Positions 8,503 through 15,729 of a DNA stretch of 32,000 nt are shown one piece after another; position 1 is the stretch's first letter, and the number at the start of each line of letters is the position of its first letter. Made by a program: the position numbers and the translations under genes. The notes under the pieces are model-generated. The model did no database searches. It saw only the letters and a list, made by a program, of their open reading frames with translations, and was not told the DNA's origin. Where the stretch lies: assembly GCA_963666805.2 (NCBI GenBank), contig CAXXWR010000003.1, forward strand, positions 555,489 to 587,488, in the 5' to 3' direction. The DNA comes from an uncultured Fusibacter sp. GTDB taxonomy: Bacteria > Bacillota > Clostridia > Peptostreptococcales > Acidaminobacteraceae.

Positions 8503-8844
8503 ATGACAGTTATTAATGGCGAAACGGTTGGCATTATCTTATTTTTTGTTGGCATTTATGGTATCATTGCACGTCGCAATATTATTAAAACCATCATTAG
8601 TCTATGCATCATACAAGCCGCCGTCATTTTATTTTTTATTTCCACTGACGCACAAAGTGCCCCTATTGGGACAGTGCTTCCAACAACAGCTGCCGATCCC
8701 GTGCCCCAAGCACTTATGATTACAGCAATCGTTGTAGGTATTTCTGTCACTGCGGTTTCTTTAACCATGTTTATTACGCTTTATCATAAATACGGTTCAA
8801 CTAACTGGAATAAAGTTAAAAAGAAAAGGGAGGAACAACTATGA
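8503..8844 (+). CDS. mrpC: Mrp/Mnh antiporter subunit C (NuoK-like, MbhG-like)
   Basis: 113 aa with three TM-like segments and a NuoK/MnhC-like N-terminus, GIILFFVGIYGIIARRNIIKTIISLCIIQAAV. AAAGGAG Shine-Dalgarno. Confidence 0.75.
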   Translation: MTVINGETVGIILFFVGIYGIIARRNIIKTIISLCIIQAAVILFFISTDAQSAPIGTVLPTTAADPVPQALMITAIVVGISVTAVSLTMFITLYHKYGSTNWNKVKKKREEQL

Positions 8845-10454
8845 TTGTATTTATTCTTCTTCCCATCTTTTTAGGCCTTATCTTATATGTCTTTAAAAGT
8901 AAATATGCCCAGTATATAACCCTGATAATCCAATTTGGACTTTTGGTGTATTTAACAATGATTGGAAGTCCTGATACACCTGTCACTTATAATCTTACAG
9001 GTTACGATGCCCCTTTTGGTATGCGTTTAACTTATGACCGTCTAAGTTTTATGATGCTCTTGCTCAACAATCTTATCTTTTTTGTATCCATGCTTTATAA
9101 CCTATACAAATCTTATATGAATAGGCTCTTTTTATTTATATTTTTAAGTGTCCAAGGGATTATAAACGGCATCTTTTTATCAAGCGACCTCTTTAATATT
9201 TATATTCTAATGGAAGTTTCAGCAGTCGCTGTCAGTATTCTTATTATGTATAAAAAAGATTCTCAATCCATGTATGACGGCATGATTTATCTCCTAGCCA
9301 ATATGTTTTCCATGACCTTCTTCCTCATGGGGATTGGTATCCTCTATAAGCAGACGGGATTACTGGATATTTATACTTTAAAACCGGTCTTAAACGATCC
9401 AAAGACACTCGCCTTGCCTTACGCTTTTCTATTAACCGGTGTGTCCCTTAAATCAGCTATTATGCCTCTCTTTAGTTGGCTTCCCAAAGCACATGCAACT
9501 GCCAGCGCACCGTCTATTGTATCGGCTGTTTTATCTGGAATATATGTGAAAACAGGTATCTATCTTTTAATTCGACTTCACACTCTTTTTGAGGTGGTCA
9601 ATATCCATAATCTGATTATTATTGTCGGTTTTTTCACCGCTATTCTTGGTTTTCTCTTTGCCATTTCTCAAAAGGATATTAAAAGGATTCTCGCCTACCA
9701 CACTATTTCTCAAATCGGTTTAATCTTAATTGGAATCGGCAGTACCAATGACGCTGCTTTTTCAGGTGGAATTTATCATATCTTTAATCACGGTATTTTT
9801 AAGGCACTCTTATTTCTGATTGCAGGTAATTTAACCACCCTTTATCATACAAGAGATATCACCCAAATGAACAATCTTTGGTCTAAGTCTAAATTTCTAT
9901 CCATTATATTAATGGTTGCCATTTTCAGTATCACAGGAGCGCCTTTCTTTAGTGGTAGCTATTCAAAATACTATATTGGTTATGCGACGTCTTTTCATTC
10001 TTTGATGATTATCATTAACCTTGGAACCCTTTACTCATTCAGCAAATTCGTCCATGTTATTTTGCCTTCAAGTAAAGTCAGCATTGATCCCCATCACGAA
10101 TCCTCTGACCATGCAATCCACATTTCTTCAACAGGTCATAGCATTATGAATAACCAAAAAACGTCTTTAATGATTCTTGCCTTACTTTCGCTTTGTCTGG
10201 GAATTCTAGGCGACTTTTTAATTCAATGGCTCGTTGGATTTGAAGGTCACTTGCCACTTATGTCTCAACTTCAAAAGATTCCAGAATATCTGATTTTACT
10301 TGCGGTCACTGGTATCTTGTATCATTTTAAAATTCATGATTTTAAACTTTTCAAATTTTTTAAAGGGATTGACTTAAACTTCAATCAAATCTGCATCGCC
10401 GTGGTATCTTTCTTTGCACTGATGTTTTCTTATCTTGAGTTTATTGTCATTTAA
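8841..10454 (+). CDS. mrpD: Mrp/Mnh antiporter subunit D (NuoM/N-like, MbhH-like)
   Basis: 537-aa ORF with ILMEVSA (TM5 Glu), SWLPKAHATASAPSIVSAVLSGIYVKTG (TM7 Lys), AYHTISQIGLILIG and IFNHGIFKALLFL (TM12 Lys). ATGA overlap with mrpC. The C-terminal ~150 aa include a His-rich hydrophilic loop (DPHHESSDHAIHISSTGH). Confidence 0.85.
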   Translation: MIVFILLPIFLGLILYVFKSKYAQYITLIIQFGLLVYLTMIGSPDTPVTYNLTGYDAPFGMRLTYDRLSFMMLLLNNLIFFVSMLYNLYKSYMNRLFLFIFLSVQGIINGIFLSSDLFNIYILMEVSAVAVSILIMYKKDSQSMYDGMIYLLANMFSMTFFLMGIGILYKQTGLLDIYTLKPVLNDPKTLALPYAFLLTGVSLKSAIMPLFSWLPKAHATASAPSIVSAVLSGIYVKTGIYLLIRLHTLFEVVNIHNLIIIVGFFTAILGFLFAISQKDIKRILAYHTISQIGLILIGIGSTNDAAFSGGIYHIFNHGIFKALLFLIAGNLTTLYHTRDITQMNNLWSKSKFLSIILMVAIFSITGAPFFSGSYSKYYIGYATSFHSLMIIINLGTLYSFSKFVHVILPSSKVSIDPHHESSDHAIHISSTGHSIMNNQKTSLMILALLSLCLGILGDFLIQWLVGFEGHLPLMSQLQKIPEYLILLAVTGILYHFKIHDFKLFKFFKGIDLNFNQICIAVVSFFALMFSYLEFIVI

Positions 10455-10497
10455 CCTTAAAATCAATGTCCCTCACTTAAGGTCATTCTAAGTCAAA

Positions 10498-10527
10498 ATA
10501 AGCCCACTCCAAAGGAGTGGGCTTATT
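10498..10527. terminator. Bidirectional rho-independent terminator between the convergent mrpD and degV genes
   Basis: AATAAGCCCACTCC-AAA-GGAGTGGGCTTATT is a perfect 14-bp stem, A/T-rich on both flanks. Confidence 0.75.
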
Positions 10528-10553
10528 AATATAATCATGCCATGTTATTCATT

Positions 10554-11393
10554 TTATTTAAAATAGGCTATCCCAATGACGCCTTCTCCTGTGTGCGTTC
10601 CCACAACAGAACCCAATTCAATTTTGATAATTTCTTGGATTTGAAAACGTTCTTTTAGAAGTGTTACCAATTGATCTGCTTTAGATTCATCCCCTCCAAA
10701 AGCTACTGCTACGTACTCTATGGCGGTATTACCACAATCCTTGTCTAATTGGTCTAACATCCACTTGCTTCCCTTAGCACTTCCCCTTGCCTTGTAGGCA
10801 ATATTGACACTACCGTCTACGACTTCAATAATCGGTTTTAAATTGAGCATTTTACCAATCATAGCTGCACCGCTGGAAAGTCTGCCACCTTTTTTGAGGT
10901 TTTCAAGAGTATCTAACATGCCATAAAGTTGAGCCCTATCAATCAAATCATTTGCTGTTTGAAGCAATTCATCCATTGACTTACCTTGATCAATCAAGGT
11001 CTGAATTTTGAGAATAATCAGTGCCAAAGAAAAAGAAGTTGTTTTGGAATCAAGTATGAAAATATCATCACTTGCAAGCATATTTTTAGCAATTGATGCT
11101 GATCGAAACGTCCCACTCAATTCACTGGATAAAAAAATCCCAATGACTTGATTGCCGTTTGAAAGTTCCTTTTCAAAATAATCATAGAACTCACCTGGAT
11201 TAACTTGTGATGTCGTTGGCAATTGTTCACTTTCTCTCATTTTCTCATAAAAGGCTTTCGTGCTTATATCTATTTTGTCTACATATTCTTTTTCGCCAAA
11301 TAGTACTTTTAAAGGCAACATACCAATGCCTTTTTGATTTAAAAGATCCAATGATAAATCACATGTACTATCTGTTACTAATTTAATTCCCAT
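10554..11393 (-). CDS. DegV-family fatty-acid-binding protein (FakB-type)
   Basis: N-terminus MGIKLVTDSTCDL is the typical DegV start, and the fold-length ORF fits. The ORF track extends to ATG 11408, 5 codons upstream. I prefer 11393 because the family N-terminus begins there. Neither start has a strong Shine-Dalgarno. Confidence 0.8.
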   Translation of the reverse strand: MGIKLVTDSTCDLSLDLLNQKGIGMLPLKVLFGEKEYVDKIDISTKAFYEKMRESEQLPTTSQVNPGEFYDYFEKELSNGNQVIGIFLSSELSGTFRSASIAKNMLASDDIFILDSKTTSFSLALIILKIQTLIDQGKSMDELLQTANDLIDRAQLYGMLDTLENLKKGGRLSSGAAMIGKMLNLKPIIEVVDGSVNIAYKARGSAKGSKWMLDQLDKDCGNTAIEYVAVAFGGDESKADQLVTLLKERFQIQEIIKIELGSVVGTHTGEGVIGIAYFK

Positions 11394-11411
11394 TATTAGC
11401 CATCTCATTTA

Positions 11412-11432
11412 TTAGTTTGAATTTCAAAGTAT
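11412..11432 (-). promoter_or_regulatory. FabT-box-like operator upstream of degV
   Basis: Minus-strand ATACTTTGAAATTCAAACTAA has an imperfect palindromic core, ACTTTGA-N3-TCAAACT. By my count it is identical at 17 of 21 positions to the perfect palindrome at 12003..12023. It starts 2 nt downstream of a TACAAT -10 element. Confidence 0.5.
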
Positions 11433-11434
11433 TT

Positions 11435-11463
11435 ATTGTAAAAAAAGACCACCTGTTGTTCAA
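11435..11463 (-). promoter_or_regulatory. Candidate sigma-A promoter for degV
   Basis: Minus strand reads TTGAAC (11463..11458), a 17-nt spacer, then TACAAT (11440..11435). Confidence 0.4.
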
Positions 11464-11515
11464 TGGTCTCTTGCTCTATGCATTTATAGTAACTTTTGCT
11501 ATCCTTTGTGCCTAT

Positions 11516-11974
11516 CTACTCATCCAATGTAGGATTGTACTTTTTATCAAAGTATAAGGTTAATTTAGACAGTGTATTAACGAGGACATCCATTTCAGGT
11601 TCTTCTAAACCTTCCATTGTAAAAGTAACCATCTCTTCATGAAAGGCTTGATGATGTTCAAAAGCTCTCTTACCGCTTTCAGTCAGCTCTGCCAATACAA
11701 CTCTTTTGTCTTCTACAGCTTTTTTTCGTGTAACATAGCCTTTCCGAATTAGTGTATTCATCGCTGTTGTCAGCGTTCCCATTGTCACCCCAATGTCTGC
11801 CGATATTTGAGACATATTTTTGGGATTACCAATACCAATCGCCTCAATAACATGCAATTCATTCAAAGTCATATTTTTAAACTCACCACGTCTTAAAGCT
11901 CTTTCTTCAATTGTCAAAATATTGTTAAATAGTACCACCAACAAATTGTTGATGACCTCTCTTTTTTCAGACAT
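11516..11974 (-). CDS. fabT: MarR-family winged-helix regulator, FabT-like (fatty-acid synthesis repressor type)
   Basis: 152 aa. LFNNILTIEERALRRGEFKNMTLNELHVIEAIG, VTMGTLTTAMNTLIRKGYV, EDKRVV and LTESGKRAFEHHQAFHEEMV parallel the motif series I remember for streptococcal FabT. It lies next to a FakB-type gene and has a FabT-box-like palindrome in its own promoter. The symbol is tentative. Confidence 0.6.
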   Translation of the reverse strand: MSEKREVINNLLVVLFNNILTIEERALRRGEFKNMTLNELHVIEAIGIGNPKNMSQISADIGVTMGTLTTAMNTLIRKGYVTRKKAVEDKRVVLAELTESGKRAFEHHQAFHEEMVTFTMEGLEEPEMDVLVNTLSKLTLYFDKKYNPTLDE

Positions 11975-12002
11975 GACTACCTTCTTTCACACAATAAAAC
12001 AA

Positions 12003-12023
12003 ATACTTTGATATTCAAAGTAT
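12003..12023 (-). promoter_or_regulatory. Perfect 21-bp palindromic operator (FabT-box-like) in the fabT-like gene promoter
   Basis: ATACTTTGA-TAT-TCAAAGTAT has perfect 9-bp arms. It sits 6 nt downstream of the -10 hexamer, so it overlaps the expected transcription start. Confidence 0.65.
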
Positions 12024-12029
12024 ATTGAC

Positions 12030-12058
12030 ATTATAGACATTTCATCATGACTTGTCAA
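12030..12058 (-). promoter_or_regulatory. Consensus sigma-A promoter of the fabT-like gene
   Basis: Minus strand reads TTGACA (12058..12053), a 17-nt spacer, then TATAAT (12035..12030). The -35 element lies within the last codons of the NhaC-family gene. Confidence 0.65.
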
Positions 12059-13469
12059 GCGTCTGAATGGGTTTAAACTCTGAACCCTTCGTGCTCAATC
12101 TTCCCGTCTTATTCTTAAAAATCACTTGAAAGATAATGATTAAGATGAGGGTTGACCAGTTCAAAATCATATAAGGCGCATAGTCAACCGCCCCTATCCC
12201 TGTAATTGCCAAAATAATAATTGCGTTAACATTCCATGGCATAAGAGGTGAAAAAGCCGTCCCTGAATTTGCAATCACCTGTGCCAAATCAACACTTGAC
12301 TGTCCCTGTTTATTAAAAGGCTTAAGACAGGTCTTGCTCGGAATAACAATGCCTATGGTTTGATCACAAGTTAGAGCATCCAGTCCTATGGAGAGAAGAG
12401 CAGTACGCCTCACAAGTTGTTGAGGCGTCTTCGCACTATGAATCAATTGATTGATTAAAGGGTCAAACCAATTTCTCTTCTCATAGAGACTGCTTAATGC
12501 CATTCCTAACATAATAATCACAATGACCTCCAGCATACCTATCCCCCCACCAATTTCTAGGGTCTTTACAATGCCGCTGGCTTGATCCGCCCTATAGCCC
12601 ACCAACATATACCTTAACACTTGCCATAGTGACTGATGTTGTAAAAAGAGGGTTAAAAACATACCAAGTCCCGTTCCTAAATAAAGTGCTCTTTGACTAT
12701 TGCCACTTCTCACAACTTCAACAAGCACGAGTAAAGGAACTAACATTAAGAGGGGATGGAGAAAAAAATGTTCTCCCAAATCTGTTTTATATTGAACAAT
12801 TTGCGCCACTAACCCTTGCCCACTTACTGCCTGCTTTCCACCTAGTATAAAGCACATAACCAACGTTAATATAAAGGCTGGTAACATGGCTTTCGCGACT
12901 TTTCTAGCATAGTCTTTATAAGCAATTCGGTTGGTTTCACAAGTGAATTGAACCAGTGCTGAAAGCGGAGACAAGCGATCGGCAACATAAGCACCTGAAA
13001 GGATAAAGCCTAACACGAGTGGCCCAGGCAATGTCATGACACTTCCCAGTGTAAAAAGTGCCACTCCAACAGTACTAAGTGTCCCTAGTCCTGTCCCCAT
13101 AAACAATGCCATAAGCGCAGTCATTAAAAAAGTAAACAGGAGGAAATGAACATGTCCTATCACTTCAAAACCATAAAAAATCATAGAAGGTACTACACCC
13201 GAACTAATCCATAAAGCGATATTAAAACCAATTAAAATAATCATTAAATAAATACGTTTAACACTGAAAATCCCTTGAACAATATCATTCACAATAGGGC
13301 GATATGTTTTCTCTTGTAACAATAGTGATCCACAAATAATCACTAAAACCCCTAAAAAACCCAACCACAGAGCATATCCTTTATAAAGGCAAACCATTAA
13401 AGTCAGTGCCAATAAGCCACCATAAATCAAACCTTGATACTTTTTTAATCCTTCCCCCATCGTTTTCAC
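12045..13469 (-). CDS. NhaC-family Na+/H+ antiporter-like transporter
   Basis: 474-aa polytopic ORF. SGAYVADRLSPLS resembles the conserved NhaC S-G-A-Y-x-G-D-K-x-S-P-L-S segment. GTG start at 13469 lies 4 nt after AGGAGG. The in-frame ATG 3 codons downstream is an alternative start. Confidence 0.7.
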   Translation of the reverse strand: MKTMGEGLKKYQGLIYGGLLALTLMVCLYKGYALWLGFLGVLVIICGSLLLQEKTYRPIVNDIVQGIFSVKRIYLMIILIGFNIALWISSGVVPSMIFYGFEVIGHVHFLLFTFLMTALMALFMGTGLGTLSTVGVALFTLGSVMTLPGPLVLGFILSGAYVADRLSPLSALVQFTCETNRIAYKDYARKVAKAMLPAFILTLVMCFILGGKQAVSGQGLVAQIVQYKTDLGEHFFLHPLLMLVPLLVLVEVVRSGNSQRALYLGTGLGMFLTLFLQHQSLWQVLRYMLVGYRADQASGIVKTLEIGGGIGMLEVIVIIMLGMALSSLYEKRNWFDPLINQLIHSAKTPQQLVRRTALLSIGLDALTCDQTIGIVIPSKTCLKPFNKQGQSSVDLAQVIANSGTAFSPLMPWNVNAIIILAITGIGAVDYAPYMILNWSTLILIIIFQVIFKNKTGRLSTKGSEFKPIQTLDKS

Positions 13470-13566
13470 ACGTCCTCCTACTTCTTCATAAAAGCCTTTA
13501 TCTCATTATAATTTTAGCATATTCTTTATTCATTAAGAGTAAATTTCAAAAAAATACGGAAAACAC

Positions 13567-13597
13567 TTGACTCTTTATTAAAATATGTTAATATAAT
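13567..13597 (+). promoter_or_regulatory. Candidate sigma-A promoter of the his operon leader
   Basis: TTGACT (13567..13572) pairs either with TATAAT (13592..13597, 19-nt spacer) or with the overlapping TAATAT (13589..13594, 16-nt spacer). Spacing is non-ideal in either case. Confidence 0.4.
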
Positions 13598-13622
13598 GAA
13601 TAAATACTAATTGCGAGGCAAA

Positions 13623-13697
13623 ATGATGAATAAAAATACACAATCAAATTTAAATGGAAAACTTCATCATCATCATAGATCAGGGTTTTATCTCTAA
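13623..13697 (+). CDS. his operon leader peptide (24 codons, four consecutive His codons)
   Basis: GAGG (13615..13618) is followed by ATGATG. The ORF translates to MMNKNTQSNLNGKLHHHHRSGFYL, with CAT x4 at 13665..13676 and stop TAA at 13695..13697. It lies directly upstream of a terminator and of hisZ. Confidence 0.65.
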   Translation: MMNKNTQSNLNGKLHHHHRSGFYL

Positions 13698-13782
13698 ATG
13701 AAAACGTTATTTTCATTATAGATATAAGCCCTATTAATCGTTAGCGAATAGGGCCTCGTATCTATGATGAACTCGAAATATT

Positions 13783-13823
13783 AAGAGTCATATAGGACAG
13801 TGTCCTATATGACTCTTTTTTTA
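13783..13823 (+). terminator. Attenuator terminator of the his leader
   Basis: AAGAGTCATATAGGAC (13783..13798), a 3-nt loop, then GTCCTATATGACTCTT (13802..13817) form a perfect 16-bp stem followed by a T-run. It sits 40 nt upstream of the hisZ start. Confidence 0.8.
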
Positions 13824-13864
13824 TACCCATTTAAACGCCGACTGGCGTGAAGAAAGGAACACAC

Positions 13865-15076
13865 ATGAGACCTAAAAGAATAAACACCCTTAAAACCTTG
13901 CAAAATCAATCACTTATGATTTCAAAACTCATTAGACTTTATCAGTCCCATGGCTTCCGCGAAATGGACATCCCCGTCCATCTCAAGGCCTCTAATCAAA
14001 CCACTGCTTTAGATACTGTGAGATTTGTTGATTCAGAAAAAGGCATTGTCAAGCTCCAAGATGATCCCACCCAATCTATCTTAGAATTGCTAGAATCTGA
14101 ATCATTAAACTGTCCGCTTAAAATCTGTTATGAAGCTAAAACATTTAAATATCTCGACAAACAAATTGATGAAATGACACAAGTTGGAATTGAATCTTAC
14201 GGCGAATCAGGACCCTCTGTAGATGCAGAAACTGTTGCCATGGCAATAAAATCACTCCTCATTTTTGACAGCCAAATTCTCGTAGAAATCAGTGAAATCA
14301 CCTTTTATAAGGCCATCATGAACCTGATTCAAATGGAAAGTCATCAGCCCTTAATTGAAAAAATCATTCAAAGTAAAAACAAAGTCAGACTGGAAAAATT
14401 GGATTGTATTTCAGATGAATTGAAAAAGACCCTCATGGCTTTTATTGACTGCAACGGTTCAATCGAACAAGTTCTTCCTAAAGTAAAAGACCTAAGTCAA
14501 ATGCCACTTGTTATAGGGAATGACAACTTACAACATGCAGTCACTTACTTAGAAAATATCACTCAATTAATTCAAGCCTACAACTTATCCAGTCAACTTA
14601 GAATAGACATCACCTTAAAACCAGATTTTGATTATTATACAGGCATTATCTTCAAAGGCTATACTCAAAAATATCCTGAACCCATCTGTACAGGCGGTCG
14701 CTATGACCGAGGCGTTATTGAAGCATTACCCGCAATTGGTTTTGCTATCAAAGTTAACTATTTACTAACCATAATGGAGGAAAATAAAATGTACGAAAAC
14801 GGAACGATTTGTATCTATGAAAAAAGTATCACTCAAAAAAGTATCAAGCTAGCTGAAGTTTACCGCGAAAAAGGCTATGACGTCGATATTCAAAAATATG
14901 ATTCAGAAAAATATGCAATTGATAGTGCCACAACAAGAGCCGTTGAAACCGTTGTCATCATCGACCAAGATGTGGCTAAACTGATTAATCTAAGAACCGA
15001 AAAAATAGAGAAATACCCGCTTGGGCAAGTAACCGCTAACCCTAGCCTTTTACTCTCCAACGAAAGTATTCACTAA
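13865..15076 (+). CDS. hisZ: ATP phosphoribosyltransferase regulatory subunit HisZ (HisRS paralogue)
   Basis: Class-II HisRS-like motifs are present (DFDYYTGIIFKGY, TGGRYD), but the motif-2 region is degenerate (KTFKYLDKQIDEMTQVGIE). It lies directly upstream of a short-form hisG. Start set at ATG 13865 (AAAGGA 7 nt upstream). The ORF track begins at a GTG 6 codons earlier. Confidence 0.8.
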   Translation: MRPKRINTLKTLQNQSLMISKLIRLYQSHGFREMDIPVHLKASNQTTALDTVRFVDSEKGIVKLQDDPTQSILELLESESLNCPLKICYEAKTFKYLDKQIDEMTQVGIESYGESGPSVDAETVAMAIKSLLIFDSQILVEISEITFYKAIMNLIQMESHQPLIEKIIQSKNKVRLEKLDCISDELKKTLMAFIDCNGSIEQVLPKVKDLSQMPLVIGNDNLQHAVTYLENITQLIQAYNLSSQLRIDITLKPDFDYYTGIIFKGYTQKYPEPICTGGRYDRGVIEALPAIGFAIKVNYLLTIMEENKMYENGTICIYEKSITQKSIKLAEVYREKGYDVDIQKYDSEKYAIDSATTRAVETVVIIDQDVAKLINLRTEKIEKYPLGQVTANPSLLLSNESIH

Positions 15077-15108
15077 TCAAGATAAGAAAGAACAAGAAAG
15101 GACAATCC

Positions 15109-15729
15109 ATGCCTAATCAACCTACAGCCAACTCATTAACGCTCGCACTTGCTAAAGGTCGCATTTCAGAAGAATTTTTCAAGGCCTATTCTGAAAATGT
15201 AAAAGCCATTAAAATTGAATCGCGAAAACTCATTTACATCATTGATAATCTCACTCTTATTTTAGTCAAACCCGTCGATGTTCCCACTTATGTCACAAGC
15301 GGTATAGCCGACATCGGCATCGTTGGACGAGATGTGGTTATGGAATCAGGACATACTTTTTTTGAACTGAATGAACTGAACTTTTCAAAATGTAAAATGT
15401 CAATCGCTGGTTTTGATCAAGAAGGACCTCTCCCAGAGAGAATGACCATTGCCACCAAGTACCCACGTATTTGTAAACAGTTTTTTCCTAAATCAGAAAC
15501 CATCTATCTCAACGGATCAGTCGAGCTTGCACCGCTTATGAATTTATCCGATGTCATCTTTGACATTGTGGAAACAGGTGCAACCCTCAAAGAAAATGGA
15601 CTCACCGTCTTAAAAGATGTGATTGATATTAACCCTATCCTCATTGCAAACGAAACCTCTTATAAATTTAATCAAACCGCCATAGAATCTATTAATAACG
15701 TACTCACACAAGGAGGCCTCAATGTATAA
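15109..15729 (+). CDS. hisG: ATP phosphoribosyltransferase, short form (HisG-S)
   Basis: 206 aa with LTLALAKGR, GIADIGIVGRDV and IVETGATLKENGL. The short length is consistent with dependence on HisZ. Confidence 0.9.
   Translation: MPNQPTANSLTLALAKGRISEEFFKAYSENVKAIKIESRKLIYIIDNLTLILVKPVDVPTYVTSGIADIGIVGRDVVMESGHTFFELNELNFSKCKMSIAGFDQEGPLPERMTIATKYPRICKQFFPKSETIYLNGSVELAPLMNLSDVIFDIVETGATLKENGLTVLKDVIDINPILIANETSYKFNQTAIESINNVLTQGGLNV

Noticed and set aside
6151-8768. Shadow ORFs 6151..6360, 7401..7628, 8516..8719 and 8556..8768 in the mrp cluster
   Set aside because: They are alternative-frame or antisense ORFs within coupled mrp genes, and none has an independent translation signal.
6227-10454. 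Interpreting the Mbh-ordered cluster as part of a membrane-bound hydrogenase or Mbx/Mbs complex
   Set aside because: No NiFe-hydrogenase large or small subunit and no NuoB/C/D/H/I-like gene is present downstream. The cluster ends at a strong bidirectional terminator.
11441-11470. Hairpin GACCA..TGGTC plus T-run downstream of the fabT-like gene, considered as its terminator
   Set aside because: The stem is only 5-6 bp with a 12-nt loop, so it is weak. The same DNA contains the candidate TTGAAC-17-TACAAT promoter for degV. I kept it as a promoter annotation, and partial termination remains possible.
11820-12850. ORFs 11820..12011 (+) and 12629..12850 (+)
   Set aside because: They are antisense to the fabT-like and NhaC-family genes and have no Shine-Dalgarno.
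13470-13864. T-box riboswitch upstream of hisZ, the usual Gram-positive mechanism for amino-acid operons
   Set aside because: I found no T-box-like conserved sequence (the AGGGUGGNACCGCG type) and no specifier-loop architecture. The region is explained by the leader peptide plus alternative hairpins.
13865-15076. Possibility that this gene is a genuine histidyl-tRNA synthetase rather than HisZ
   Set aside because: The motif-2 region lacks the conserved Arg/Glu pattern (KTFKYLDKQIDEMTQVGIE). The gene is the first cistron of the his operon, directly upstream of a 206-aa short-form HisG that requires HisZ. It does retain a C-terminal domain reminiscent of the anticodon-binding fold; I note this but do not pursue it.
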